From: Acidobacteriota bacterium
GTDB taxonomy: Bacteria; Acidobacteriota; UBA6911; RPQK01; JAJDTT01
Assembly (NCBI GenBank): GCA_965263035.1
Contig: OZ253580.1
Span: forward strand, 1,696,001 to 1,760,000
Direction: 5' to 3'
Length of the DNA: 64,000 nucleotides
Every line of letters begins with the position of its first letter. Positions within the stretch are counted from its first letter, which is position 1. Shown in pieces: positions 9,742 through 19,442 of the stretch. The notes under the pieces are model-generated. The model was given only the letters and a program-made list of their open reading frames with translations. It was not told the DNA's origin and searched no databases. The position numbers and the translations under genes are program-made.

Positions 9742-11325
9742 ATGTCAACCATAGCACTCATCACCATCCTGCTTCTTTTCCATGGACTCGTTTGTGCCCA
9801 GGACGTGCGGGACGAAGAGGTCGAGGACTATTTCAATAAATGGCTCCGCGAAGACGCCGTGTACATCATTTCTCCCGAGGAAAGGTCAGTCTTCGAAAAG
9901 CTCTCGAGCCCGGAAGAGAAGGAGCGCTTTATCGAACAATTCTGGTTTCGTCGTGATCCCGATCCTCGAAACGCGTTTAACGAGTTCAAGGAGGAACACT
10001 ACCGGCGCATCGCCTATGCGAATGAACATTACAAGGCGGGCAGGGCTGGCTGGACTACGGACCGCGGCCGCATCTATATCATTCATGGACCTCCCGCCAA
10101 CATCATGATGCGGCCCATGGGGGGTCTACATAAACGAACTTTGCAGGAAGGCGGTGGCGCCACGACGACTTTTCCTCACGAAGTCTGGAGTTACCGCTAC
10201 ATCGAGGGTATTGGAAACGATGTCGAATTCGAGTTCGTGGACTCGAATCTGAGCGGCAACTACCGGTTGGCCCTCACGCCGGACGAGAAGGACGCCCTCT
10301 TGTATACCGGCATGGGATCAACTCTCGAAGAGAGCCTCGGCATGAAGACCCGGGCGGACCGGATCCGGGAGCAGACCATGCTGCGCCCGTTGGAAGACCG
10401 GACTCTTGGTGCTCAGAAAAGCCCTATAGAACGCCTGCAGAATTACTTCCAGGCGTTCAGGAATCCTGCAATTACCTACAACGACTTGCAGAAGATCGTC
10501 GAAACTCGAGTCACCTACGAGGAACTCCCGCTGGGTACTCGCGCAGACTATTTTTGGGTTGCTGGGGAGAGATTCATGGCAACGGTGACGCTCCAACTGG
10601 CCAACCGGGAGCTGACCTACAAGCCAGACGGCGCCAGGAGCGGGGCGCGCGTTGACGTGTATGGCGCGGTCCAGGACCTTTCCGGAAAGATGGCCTACGA
10701 GTTCGAGCAGACTCTTTTTGTCAACACCCCTTCAGAAATCGCAATGGAAAAGGGACATACTCTCTACCAGCATGCCATCCCTTTGGAGCCGGGACGGTAC
10801 AAACTGGATTGGGTGGTTCGCGACCTTCATTCCGGAAAACTGGGCACCTCCTCACACGCTCTGATCCTGCCTCAGCGCAGAGAGGACGAGCTTTTCACCA
10901 GCTCTCTCATCCTGGCCAACCGCATCCGTGGAGGCTCAGGTGATCCCCTTGAGCCCTTCAACACACTTTCGGGTCTGAAAGTTTATCCCAACGTCAAGAA
11001 GAACACCTTCGCCCTCGGCGATAAAATCGGCTTTTATTTCGAAATCTACAACGCTGCCCTGGACTCGGCTTCAGGCAACCCGGCTCTGCACGCCGTCCTG
11101 CGCATCCGGGGTCGCGAGGATCAGGTCGTGGAAGAGCGGCGGCTGGACGAGTGGGCTCTGAACTACGCCAACGAGCGGGCTTTTGGCTCGACCATCCTGC
11201 GCCTCGATTCCATGACGCCCGGTTCCTACCTGGCCGAGGTTTCGGTTCAAGATTCGATTTCCGGGCAGCACAAGACACTCACCTCCCGCTTCCGACTGGT
11301 TTCTCCGGACGCTGACGGCGAATGA
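9742..11325 (+). CDS. GWxTD domain protein
   Basis: Signal peptide, KWLREDAVYII, FW.RRDPDP...NEFKEEHYRRIAYAN, GWTTDRGRIYI.HGPP. Confidence 0.92.
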   Translation: MSTIALITILLLFHGLVCAQDVRDEEVEDYFNKWLREDAVYIISPEERSVFEKLSSPEEKERFIEQFWFRRDPDPRNAFNEFKEEHYRRIAYANEHYKAGRAGWTTDRGRIYIIHGPPANIMMRPMGGLHKRTLQEGGGATTTFPHEVWSYRYIEGIGNDVEFEFVDSNLSGNYRLALTPDEKDALLYTGMGSTLEESLGMKTRADRIREQTMLRPLEDRTLGAQKSPIERLQNYFQAFRNPAITYNDLQKIVETRVTYEELPLGTRADYFWVAGERFMATVTLQLANRELTYKPDGARSGARVDVYGAVQDLSGKMAYEFEQTLFVNTPSEIAMEKGHTLYQHAIPLEPGRYKLDWVVRDLHSGKLGTSSHALILPQRREDELFTSSLILANRIRGGSGDPLEPFNTLSGLKVYPNVKKNTFALGDKIGFYFEIYNAALDSASGNPALHAVLRIRGREDQVVEERRLDEWALNYANERAFGSTILRLDSMTPGSYLAEVSVQDSISGQHKTLTSRFRLVSPDADGE

Positions 11326-11341
11326 TGTCGAGGAGTGTCCA

Positions 11342-12547
11342 TTGATTCCATCAGGAGCGCCGTCACTGCGCCCCCAGGGAAGGGTTTCTACGCTCCGGAC
11401 AACTCCGGCGGGAAACTCCCGCCCCCGCCTATGGGCCGTGGTTGCGATATTCGGCCTGAGTTCACTTCTCCGGGCCCAGACGGTGGATCTTGAGCAGGTG
11501 CAAGCTCTCGCCAGCTCCGGCGACCTGGCGGAGGCGCGACTCCTTCTCACCAGAGCCGTGGCAGCGGATCCGCTATCGACGCAACTATGGGCCATGCTCG
11601 GGGGCGTGTGTGCAAAGCTCGAGGATTGGCCCGCCGCCCGGGACGCCTACGATCAGGCTCTGCGTCGAGCACCGGAGAACCCCAGGCTTCTGGCTGGACT
11701 GGGTTTTGTCCTGGCTCGTCAGGGCCAACTCAAGAAAGCAACGACGACGCTCCAAAAGAGTTTGAGCCTTGACCCGGAGAACGCGTCGATTCGCTTCCTG
11801 CTGGGGCGGGTTCAGTTCGAGGCGCAGCAATTCGAAGCGGCCGTGTCCAACTTCGAGCAGGCGATTCTCAAGGAGCCGGATAACGAGACATTTTATCTGG
11901 ACTACGCCCGGATTCTGGCGCGAGGTCAAGCCTATTCCGGGGCGGAGAAGATCCTGGAGTACGGCCTACAGCAACTGCCTCGTTCGGCCGCGATCCGCTT
12001 CGAGTTGGCGGTCTGCCACCAGAAGCAGTTGAAGAGCCGGAAGGCGCAGCAGGCGTTTCGGCGCGTGATCGAGTTGGACGCGACCTTCCCCGGGATCTAC
12101 GCCGCGCTGGCCAGTTCGTTGCTGGAGAGCGGGCAGTTGGAGGACGCGGAGCCCGTACTCCGGAATGCACTCAAGACCAACGGCAGCGATTTCGACGCGC
12201 TCTATCTTTACGCCGTGTTGCTCACCCGGCTGGGACGACAACCGGAGGCTGTTGCGCAATTCAGGAAATGTCTTGAGTTGAGAGCCGATGACGCTCGAGT
12301 CCACTACCAGTTGGGTAAGACGTTATCTGAATCCGGGGAGATTGAGGCTGCGGAATCCGAGTTGAACGCCGCAGTCCGGCTATCCCCCGAGTTCAAGGAA
12401 GCCCATCTGGAGTTGGGTCGCCTCCATTCCAAGCAGGGCCTCACGCAAAAGGCGCGGCAGGCTTTTGGCAGGTTCGAAGAACTCCGTCAGAAACAGGAAC
12501 GGGAGGACCAGGAACAACCCAGCAGAGTCCTGATCATCGAGGACTGA
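11342..12547 (+). CDS. Tetratricopeptide repeat protein (secreted)
   Basis: About 9 tandem 34-aa TPR-like units after a hydrophobic leader. Start uncertain. Confidence 0.85.
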   Translation: MIPSGAPSLRPQGRVSTLRTTPAGNSRPRLWAVVAIFGLSSLLRAQTVDLEQVQALASSGDLAEARLLLTRAVAADPLSTQLWAMLGGVCAKLEDWPAARDAYDQALRRAPENPRLLAGLGFVLARQGQLKKATTTLQKSLSLDPENASIRFLLGRVQFEAQQFEAAVSNFEQAILKEPDNETFYLDYARILARGQAYSGAEKILEYGLQQLPRSAAIRFELAVCHQKQLKSRKAQQAFRRVIELDATFPGIYAALASSLLESGQLEDAEPVLRNALKTNGSDFDALYLYAVLLTRLGRQPEAVAQFRKCLELRADDARVHYQLGKTLSESGEIEAAESELNAAVRLSPEFKEAHLELGRLHSKQGLTQKARQAFGRFEELRQKQEREDQEQPSRVLIIED

Positions 12548-12905
12548 ACCCAAGCTGGAGGTGTTTCTGCGTTCCAAGCAGTCCGTGGTGAAGGTCCCGC
12601 GTAGCACCGAGACCGGAGTTGCGCCCGCCGGACAGGGTGTGACGAGGGAGCATACCGGGAGTATGGGACCGAGGAACAACGCAGTCCGCCGGGATGCAGA
12701 TCCGGTCGAATGCCGCGACGACCTTTGCCAGAGGCTGACTTCCGTGCTCGAACGCGCGGGATCTGCTCCGATCGTTCGTAATTTCTCGCCCAGTTTGACT
12801 CTTCCTCTCATCGGGTTCAGGATTGCCTACAGCTTTTTCATTCAGGCAGGAAGCCTCCGTGTCCCATCTGAATAGCACCACATCCGACAAAGGGAGAATG
12901 GCCGA

Positions 12906-15900
12906 ATGATCTCTCCACGAAGCTTCAACGCTATTTTTATTGGCCTTATTGGGCTCTTTCTATTTCCGGCTGCGGCCCTTGCCCAAGAGGCGCAAGGAGT
13001 CATTGTAGGGATCGTGCAGGATAAGACGAGAGCCGTCGTACCTGGTGTTGAGGTGACGGTTACGGACGTCGGTCAGGGGCGGTCGCGGGTAACGATCACC
13101 GGCGATGCCGGCAACTACCGGGTCGGCAATCTCGACCCCGGGGAATACGAAATCAGAGCTTCCCTGGTCGGATTCGAAACCACGGTCCTGACCGGAATCG
13201 TACTGCAGGTGGGTCAGATCGCCCGGATTCCGATCACACTGTCGGTGGGCGAAGTCTCCCAGGAATTGACGGTTGAAAGTGTGTCTCCCATCATCCAGAC
13301 CGACCACGCAACGGTGGGCGAAGTCATAGACACGACCAAAGTGACGGAACTTCCCCTGAACGGCCGTGATTTTTACCAGTTGGCGACCCTGACGCCTGGC
13401 GTGGTCGCGAATACTCAAGACCAGGTGGGCGTCTTTGCCCACACCGGGACCAGTATCTCGGCCAATGGTATCGGCCCGCAGTCGACCAATGTCATGGTCG
13501 ATGGAATTCAAAACGTCGAGTTCGGCGCCGGCCGGCTGGCCTTCACCCCCAGCATTGACCTGATTCAAGAGTTCCAGATCGTCACCAACGTCTACGACGC
13601 CGAGTTTGGGGGAACCCCGGCCGCCCAGATCAACATGGCGACCAAGCGCGGGTCTCTCGACTATCACGGCTCCCTTTTCTATTTTCGCCGCAGTGACGCC
13701 CTGGATGCGCGCAACTTTTTTGAAACGGGAGCACTCCCTCCCTTCGAACGTGAACAGTTCGGAGGCTCCCTCGGCGGGCATGTTCCCGGATCGGAAAAGG
13801 ACTTCTTCTTTTTCGTGTACGAGGGGCAACGGCAAGCCCGCGGTTTGACACTACGGGCCAGCGTGCCCCCGGTTGCGCTTCGGAATGGGGATTTCGGTGA
13901 GTTCGGGACGACCATTTACGATCCAATGACCACGGACCCGGCCACCGGCGAGCGGCAGCCCTTCCCCAACAACGTGATCCCAGCGAACAGAATCACTCCC
14001 CAGGCCGCCTATATATCCTCGCTGTGGCCTGAGCCGACCCTCCCCGGAACCGTGGCAAACTTCGTCGCCAACCCGGATCGGCTTCGCAACTTCGATCAAT
14101 GGAGCATACGCTACGATCGCGACCTGACCGATGCGGACAGCATCATGGTTCGTTTTACCCGGAACAAGAATTCCTATCTGGAGCCTCAGCCGAGGGCCTT
14201 CACGTTGCCGGTCAATGGATTCCGTCAAAACCAGACGTTCGTCGGACCGAACTGGAAAGCAGGCTGGACCCGTACCATCAGCCCGACCACGCTGAACAGC
14301 TTCAACATCGGTTACAGCAAGTTCGATCAGTGTCGCGACTCGGAGGCCACGGATCCTGAACTTTTCGGGTGTGGCGGGCCTCACGGTCCACTGACCGGAC
14401 CGGAGTTTTTCGAAAATTCCGGAATCCAAGGCGTCTCGCCCGAAGCGCAACGTGCCGATATCCCCAGGATCCGGGTCAGCGGCTGGAATGACATCGCGAC
14501 TTCGACCTTTGCACCCGTCGCCTCCAAAGAACCTCATTACCAGATCAACAACGTGTTCAGTAAGGTTGAGGGGAATCATTCCTGGAAGGCGGGAGTCGAC
14601 ATCCTCGACAGCTTTTTTGAACTGAATTTCGAGGCCCGCACGCGTGGCAGGATCGATTTCGCGTCTCGGTTCACGACCGCCTCCGTGGGCTCCCCAGGAA
14701 ACGAGTTCCATTCATTCGCGGACTTTCTCCTGGGACAGGTCAATTTCAGCAACTTGTTCGGAAACGCCTTGTTCCAGGAGATAGAACTGACCTGGTGGAG
14801 CTTTTTCATTCAAGACGACTGGAGCGTCCACCCCGATGTGACGCTCAATCTCGGTCTTCGGTATGAGATATTTCAGCGCCCCGTGGAGAGGGGTAATCGT
14901 GTCGTGGCCTTCGACCTCGCGACCGAACAGTTCGTTTTCCCGGGTTCGGTGCCCAACCTGCCGGGCACCCCTCCCAATTCGGTGACCGCCGATAGCCTGG
15001 GCTATTCCCGCACCCTGCAGCATGACACGGACCGGAATGATTACGGCCCCCGCTTGGGTTTCGCCTGGAGAATCGGTGGAGACAACAGCACCGTGTTGCG
15101 GGGTGGCTTCGGTGTCTTCTACACCTGGTTTGTGGAAGACATGCAGGTCGGCCAGGGTTTCGGCCCACCCTTCGTGCCTCAGGCCAGCAACCGCAGCGAT
15201 CCGGATCGCCCGGCCGCGACCTTCGAAGCCCCGTTTGCCGGCAGCGCGGCTGCCACGGTGAGACCCTCAGGAGTCGCGGTTAAAGACAACAACACCGGAT
15301 ATCTCTACCAGTACTCGCTGGGCTTGGATCGAGCCCTGACCCCCACGCTGGGTTTCGAGATCAGTATTGTCGGGAATGCCGCACGCAAGATGCTTCGCAG
15401 TCACAATTACAATCAGGCGATCCCGGGGCCCGCACCCATTTCCGAACGGGTCCCCTTCCCGCAGTATGGAAGCCTCACTGCCCGGCAAAGCTGGGCCAAC
15501 GGCAGTTACAGCGGGCTCCAAATGAAGCTTCGCAAGGATTTTTCGGGAGGTCTGATGGGGCTGGTTTCCTATACCTGGGGAAGGGCGATAGGCCACGTGG
15601 TTCCAGGGGCGGCCTTCCGCCAACAGCCCAATCGGAATCACAATAACTGGAAAGCGGACTACGGACCGACGCAGTGGGATATCCCTCAGATCCTTTCCCT
15701 GTCCTGGGTCTGGGATCTCCCCGTGGGCCGCGGCAAACCGGTAGGGAAGGATCTGACGGGGGTCGCCAATGCCATCTTCGGTGGGTGGAAATTCGGCGGC
15801 ATCGCCAATTTCCAAGCCGGAAACAAGTTTACGGTCGGCGATATTTTCAATAACTCGAACGCCGGGGGCAGCCGGCCCGACATGATCAGCAATCCGAACG

Positions 15901-16223
15901 GCGTTTCTCATGGCTCCAACGCCTCCAAGATCGCCCAGTTTTTCAAGACGTCCGCTTTCGTCCGGGCGCCGAGATATACGTTCGGCAATACTGGGGTCGG
16001 GGTGGTTTCGGGTCCCGGCCTGGGGATTTGGGATCTATCCCTGTACAAGGACATCCACGTGGGCGAGGGGATGCGAGCTCAATTCCGGGTGGAGTTTTTC
16101 AACGCCTTCAACAAAGCCAACTTCTTCAATCCGAACAGCGCGTTCGGCAGCAGCAGCTTCGGCGTGATCAGCCGGACCCGAGATGCCCGCCAGATTCAGT
16201 GGGGGCTCCGTTTCGACTTCTAG
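12906..16223 (+). CDS. TonB-dependent receptor (Oar-like, carboxypeptidase-regulatory-like N-terminal domain)
   Basis: G.V.DKTRAVVPGVEVT, LPLNGRDF.QLA.L.PG, IQEFQI.TN.YDAEFG, C-terminal RQIQWGLRFDF. Confidence 0.92.
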   Translation: MISPRSFNAIFIGLIGLFLFPAAALAQEAQGVIVGIVQDKTRAVVPGVEVTVTDVGQGRSRVTITGDAGNYRVGNLDPGEYEIRASLVGFETTVLTGIVLQVGQIARIPITLSVGEVSQELTVESVSPIIQTDHATVGEVIDTTKVTELPLNGRDFYQLATLTPGVVANTQDQVGVFAHTGTSISANGIGPQSTNVMVDGIQNVEFGAGRLAFTPSIDLIQEFQIVTNVYDAEFGGTPAAQINMATKRGSLDYHGSLFYFRRSDALDARNFFETGALPPFEREQFGGSLGGHVPGSEKDFFFFVYEGQRQARGLTLRASVPPVALRNGDFGEFGTTIYDPMTTDPATGERQPFPNNVIPANRITPQAAYISSLWPEPTLPGTVANFVANPDRLRNFDQWSIRYDRDLTDADSIMVRFTRNKNSYLEPQPRAFTLPVNGFRQNQTFVGPNWKAGWTRTISPTTLNSFNIGYSKFDQCRDSEATDPELFGCGGPHGPLTGPEFFENSGIQGVSPEAQRADIPRIRVSGWNDIATSTFAPVASKEPHYQINNVFSKVEGNHSWKAGVDILDSFFELNFEARTRGRIDFASRFTTASVGSPGNEFHSFADFLLGQVNFSNLFGNALFQEIELTWWSFFIQDDWSVHPDVTLNLGLRYEIFQRPVERGNRVVAFDLATEQFVFPGSVPNLPGTPPNSVTADSLGYSRTLQHDTDRNDYGPRLGFAWRIGGDNSTVLRGGFGVFYTWFVEDMQVGQGFGPPFVPQASNRSDPDRPAATFEAPFAGSAAATVRPSGVAVKDNNTGYLYQYSLGLDRALTPTLGFEISIVGNAARKMLRSHNYNQAIPGPAPISERVPFPQYGSLTARQSWANGSYSGLQMKLRKDFSGGLMGLVSYTWGRAIGHVVPGAAFRQQPNRNHNNWKADYGPTQWDIPQILSLSWVWDLPVGRGKPVGKDLTGVANAIFGGWKFGGIANFQAGNKFTVGDIFNNSNAGGSRPDMISNPNGVSHGSNASKIAQFFKTSAFVRAPRYTFGNTGVGVVSGPGLGIWDLSLYKDIHVGEGMRAQFRVEFFNAFNKANFFNPNSAFGSSSFGVISRTRDARQIQWGLRFDF

Positions 16224-16249
16224 TCCTCATTTCCAACCGGGGGGCGCAA

Positions 16250-16385
16250 GGAGGGGCGATTTCCAGTCGCCCCTTCCTCGGCACCCCCGTACGCTCATTC
16301 CCCCATGCTCTCCTGACCCCTTGGGAGTTCGGCGGTTAGAAACCGCCGCTCCGCTCATGTTCGGCGACTAAAAGTCGCCGCTCCC
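16250..16385. repeat. REPIN (inverted GGAG-type REP pair) plus a third REP
   Basis: GGAG-GGGCGATTTCCAGTCGCCC ... CGGCGGTTAGAAACCGCCG-CTCC, then CGGCGACTAAAAGTCGCCG-CTCCC, between convergent genes. Confidence 0.8.
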
Positions 16386-19300
16386 GGCCGCGGTGTCCGC
16401 GCCCAGGTGGGTCAGGTATTCCAGAAGATCCGTCATCTGCCGGACGCTGATGTCTTCCTGGACTCCCTCCGGCATGGCGGACACTCCCAGAGACCGGAGA
16501 TTGGCGATCTGGCTCCGGGCGAGCGTGTCCTCCTCTCCCTCGCTTCGCCTCAGGGTGACCGTCGCCGGTCCCTGGCTGGCCATCACGCCCGTCAGCGCGC
16601 GTCCGTCATGGGTCTCGACCAGGTACTCCTCATATCCGGGGACGATGTTGGAGTTGGGATCGAGAATGTTTTCCAGGAATTCGTACTTGGTCCGGCCTGA
16701 AAGGCTGAGCAGGTCCGGTCCGACCTCCGAGCCGGTATCCCCGACCTTGTGACACTGACTGCAATGCTCGGAGAAGACGTCGCGTCCGGCATCGATGTCT
16801 CCGGTAGTGCGGGCGGCAACTCCGTATTGGTCCGTCAACGCCCGCAGGTCGGGAGGCGAACTCCGCAGGAGAGTCCTGGCGCGATCCAGGGTCTCTCCCT
16901 CCGAGACCCGAAACAGGCGGCCTCGCCTGGCGCCTCGGATGGTCCAGGGCTGCACGGTCCCCGCCTCGACAGCGTCCAGCAGGCTGGGCACCCGCCTCGG
17001 TTCTCTGAGGATCCCGTCCAGTGCCACGTTCTGGAGAGAAGCCGTGAACGATCGCCAGGCGTCCAGAAGAATCTCAGTCGACTTCGGATGGGGCAGGACG
17101 ATCAGCGCGCGCGTCGCCGCCATCTGAATCTCTTCCGGCTGCCGGGGTTGCAGCAACCCTGCCAGCAGGGAGTAGTCCGTCCGGGAGGGGGCCAGGGCCG
17201 CCAATCGGATGGCGTGGACCCGTGCGTCAAGACCGGCTCCCTCATCGGCGGCCAGCGCGGCAGCCTGCCGCATCAAAGACCGAAATTGGAGCGTGTCCGA
17301 CAGACGGACTCCGTCCACGACCTCAAGAGCCGCTGTGCCCAACCGATTCGGTTTGGACAGAAACTCCAACAGGATTTGCTGTGCCCGGCGGGGAAGGTTG
17401 ACCTCTGACTCGGTCCCCCGTTTCAATCCTTCCGCCAGTCCTTCCAGGCTCAGAGCGGGCCACCACAGGTCCGCATCCCCCGCGGCATTGAGCACGGCCG
17501 CCAGAACCGCCGTCAGTTCCCGAGCCTTCTGGCGGGCTCCGATCATGGAAGTCAGCCGGCGCAGGAAAAGCTGCCGGCCCTCCGTCCCTCCAGAGGTGAA
17601 CTCTTCGTTCCGGATCACGGCGCGAAACCACCGGACCGGGTCGTCAGCGGTGGCGCTGAGCACCGCGACCTGAAACCAAGGGTCCTCCATGTGGTCCGCG
17701 GCGATCTCCACCAAGGGCTTGAAAGCAATGTTGGCAGGAAGTTCTCCCAGCGTGCACGCCAACTGGAACCGGACCCGCTCATCCGGGTCCCCGGTCATCT
17801 CCATCATCCGGTCCACGATGCGGCGGTCCGACAGATAGGACTCCCCCATGCGGATCGCCTGCTCGCGAACCTCCGGGCTTTCGTCACTCAAACCGCCCAG
17901 AACCAGGCCGGCGTCCAAGGCATCCAGCCCTTCCAGCGTCCAGAGGGCATGCATTCGGCCGCGGGCCGAGGCACCGCTACGGGCGAGCTCCTTCAGGCGG
18001 GGAACCACCGACTGATCTTGACTCTCAACCAGGAGCCGCTGGGCCGTGAGCCGCCACCACCGATTGGGATGGGAGAGCCGGTCTGCAAGTTCCGCCGCGC
18101 CGGCCTGGTCGAGTCGAGGCGGCTGCTCCGGCTCTGTCTCGCCGTGGACGATCCGGTAGATCCGGCCGTGATCCTGACCCGCGTAAAACAGTTCCTGGTC
18201 GTCGACGAAGTCCTCACGAATCCATTCCGGATGCTCGACGATCTTTCGGTGGAAGTCGACCACGTACAGGGCCCCGTCGGGACCGGTCGTGGTGAAGACC
18301 GGCATGAACCAGCTGTCCCGGGAAGCCAGGAACTCGGACTCCTCAAAGGCGCCGGCGCCGGTATAGGTCGCCCCCTGCGCCGACAGAATATCGCTGTGCA
18401 CGAGATTGTGCGCCGGCTCTGCGATGAAATAGGCCCCATGGTACCGCTGGGGAAATCGGCCGCCCGCATAGATGCTCTGGCCGCAGGCGGAAGTGAAATG
18501 GCCGAGCTCCTTCAACAGACGAGTCTGGCGAATGTCCTGAAGGTGCGGATCGTCGGTAATGGGATAGACCGGCGCCGGTTGTCCGTGGTCGGAAACCGTC
18601 TGCATGGGGTTGTCGACCTGGAGATGGGGATTGCGGTCCAGGTATCGAGTTTCGATCACCGAATGCCTCAGATGATTGTTGTTCCAGGAGGGGAAGCGGT
18701 GGCCTCTGGCATTGAAGGTGTGCCCGAACTCGGAGTTGCCGCTGACCGGCTCGAGCTGCAGCTTGTCCGGCTTGAAGCGAATATCCGAACGCCGCTCGAA
18801 GACATCGACGGGTGCGATCTCGGGATGATCGGGGAAATGGATCGGCTGGCCCTGATCGCTGAACTGCTTGAAGCGGCGGCCGACCCCGAATCTCGGGTAG
18901 GCGGCGTAGATCCAGTTGTCCATTTCATAGAGCGGCGTATTGATGCGGAGCTGTGGATTGACCTGCGCGAAGCCGGTCAGGATCACTTTGCGCTGGTCGG
19001 CCCGGCCGTCGTCATCGGTGTCGGTGAAATGGAGAATGTCGGGGGCGCAGGTGACCAGGATCCCCCCCTTCCAGGGCAACACGCCATGGGCCATGTGGAG
19101 CCCGTCGACGAACACGCTGCTGTGCTCGAACCGGCCGTCGCCGTCCCGATCCTCGAGCAGCTTGATCCTGGAAAGTGGTTTGTCGGAGATGGGGTAGTCC
19201 CTCATCTCGACGACGAACAGGCGGCCGCGTTCATCGAACGCCATGGAGACGGGATCCACGACCTGGGGTTCGGCAGCCGCCAGCTCGATCCGGAAACCCG

Positions 19301-19442
19301 GAGCCAGTTGAAAGGTCTGGAGAGCGGCCTCCGGAGAGTAGGGAGGTTCCGCATCCCCGCAGCCGCCGGTGAGAACTGCGGCCAGAACTGCGGCGAACCG
19401 GACGGCCTGTCTCAACCTCGTCCCCGCCCGTTTCTTGCTCAA
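16368..19442 (-). CDS. PVC-type heme-binding CxxCH protein (propeller dehydrogenase domain, HEAT repeats, cytochrome c)
   Basis: Lipobox LTGGC, GFRIELAAAEPQVVDPV.MAFD, GPDGALYVVD, GRIYRI, CSQCH, GPDL, SAMPEG. Confidence 0.9.
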   Translation of the reverse strand: MSKKRAGTRLRQAVRFAAVLAAVLTGGCGDAEPPYSPEAALQTFQLAPGFRIELAAAEPQVVDPVSMAFDERGRLFVVEMRDYPISDKPLSRIKLLEDRDGDGRFEHSSVFVDGLHMAHGVLPWKGGILVTCAPDILHFTDTDDDGRADQRKVILTGFAQVNPQLRINTPLYEMDNWIYAAYPRFGVGRRFKQFSDQGQPIHFPDHPEIAPVDVFERRSDIRFKPDKLQLEPVSGNSEFGHTFNARGHRFPSWNNNHLRHSVIETRYLDRNPHLQVDNPMQTVSDHGQPAPVYPITDDPHLQDIRQTRLLKELGHFTSACGQSIYAGGRFPQRYHGAYFIAEPAHNLVHSDILSAQGATYTGAGAFEESEFLASRDSWFMPVFTTTGPDGALYVVDFHRKIVEHPEWIREDFVDDQELFYAGQDHGRIYRIVHGETEPEQPPRLDQAGAAELADRLSHPNRWWRLTAQRLLVESQDQSVVPRLKELARSGASARGRMHALWTLEGLDALDAGLVLGGLSDESPEVREQAIRMGESYLSDRRIVDRMMEMTGDPDERVRFQLACTLGELPANIAFKPLVEIAADHMEDPWFQVAVLSATADDPVRWFRAVIRNEEFTSGGTEGRQLFLRRLTSMIGARQKARELTAVLAAVLNAAGDADLWWPALSLEGLAEGLKRGTESEVNLPRRAQQILLEFLSKPNRLGTAALEVVDGVRLSDTLQFRSLMRQAAALAADEGAGLDARVHAIRLAALAPSRTDYSLLAGLLQPRQPEEIQMAATRALIVLPHPKSTEILLDAWRSFTASLQNVALDGILREPRRVPSLLDAVEAGTVQPWTIRGARRGRLFRVSEGETLDRARTLLRSSPPDLRALTDQYGVAARTTGDIDAGRDVFSEHCSQCHKVGDTGSEVGPDLLSLSGRTKYEFLENILDPNSNIVPGYEEYLVETHDGRALTGVMASQGPATVTLRRSEGEEDTLARSQIANLRSLGVSAMPEGVQEDISVRQMTDLLEYLTHLGADTAAGSGDF

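Noticed and set aside
12548-12905. Riboswitch or small ORF upstream of the TonB receptor (also 37566-37749)
   Set aside because: No cobalamin, TPP or other recognisable aptamer motif by eye; an Rfam scan is needed to exclude it fully.
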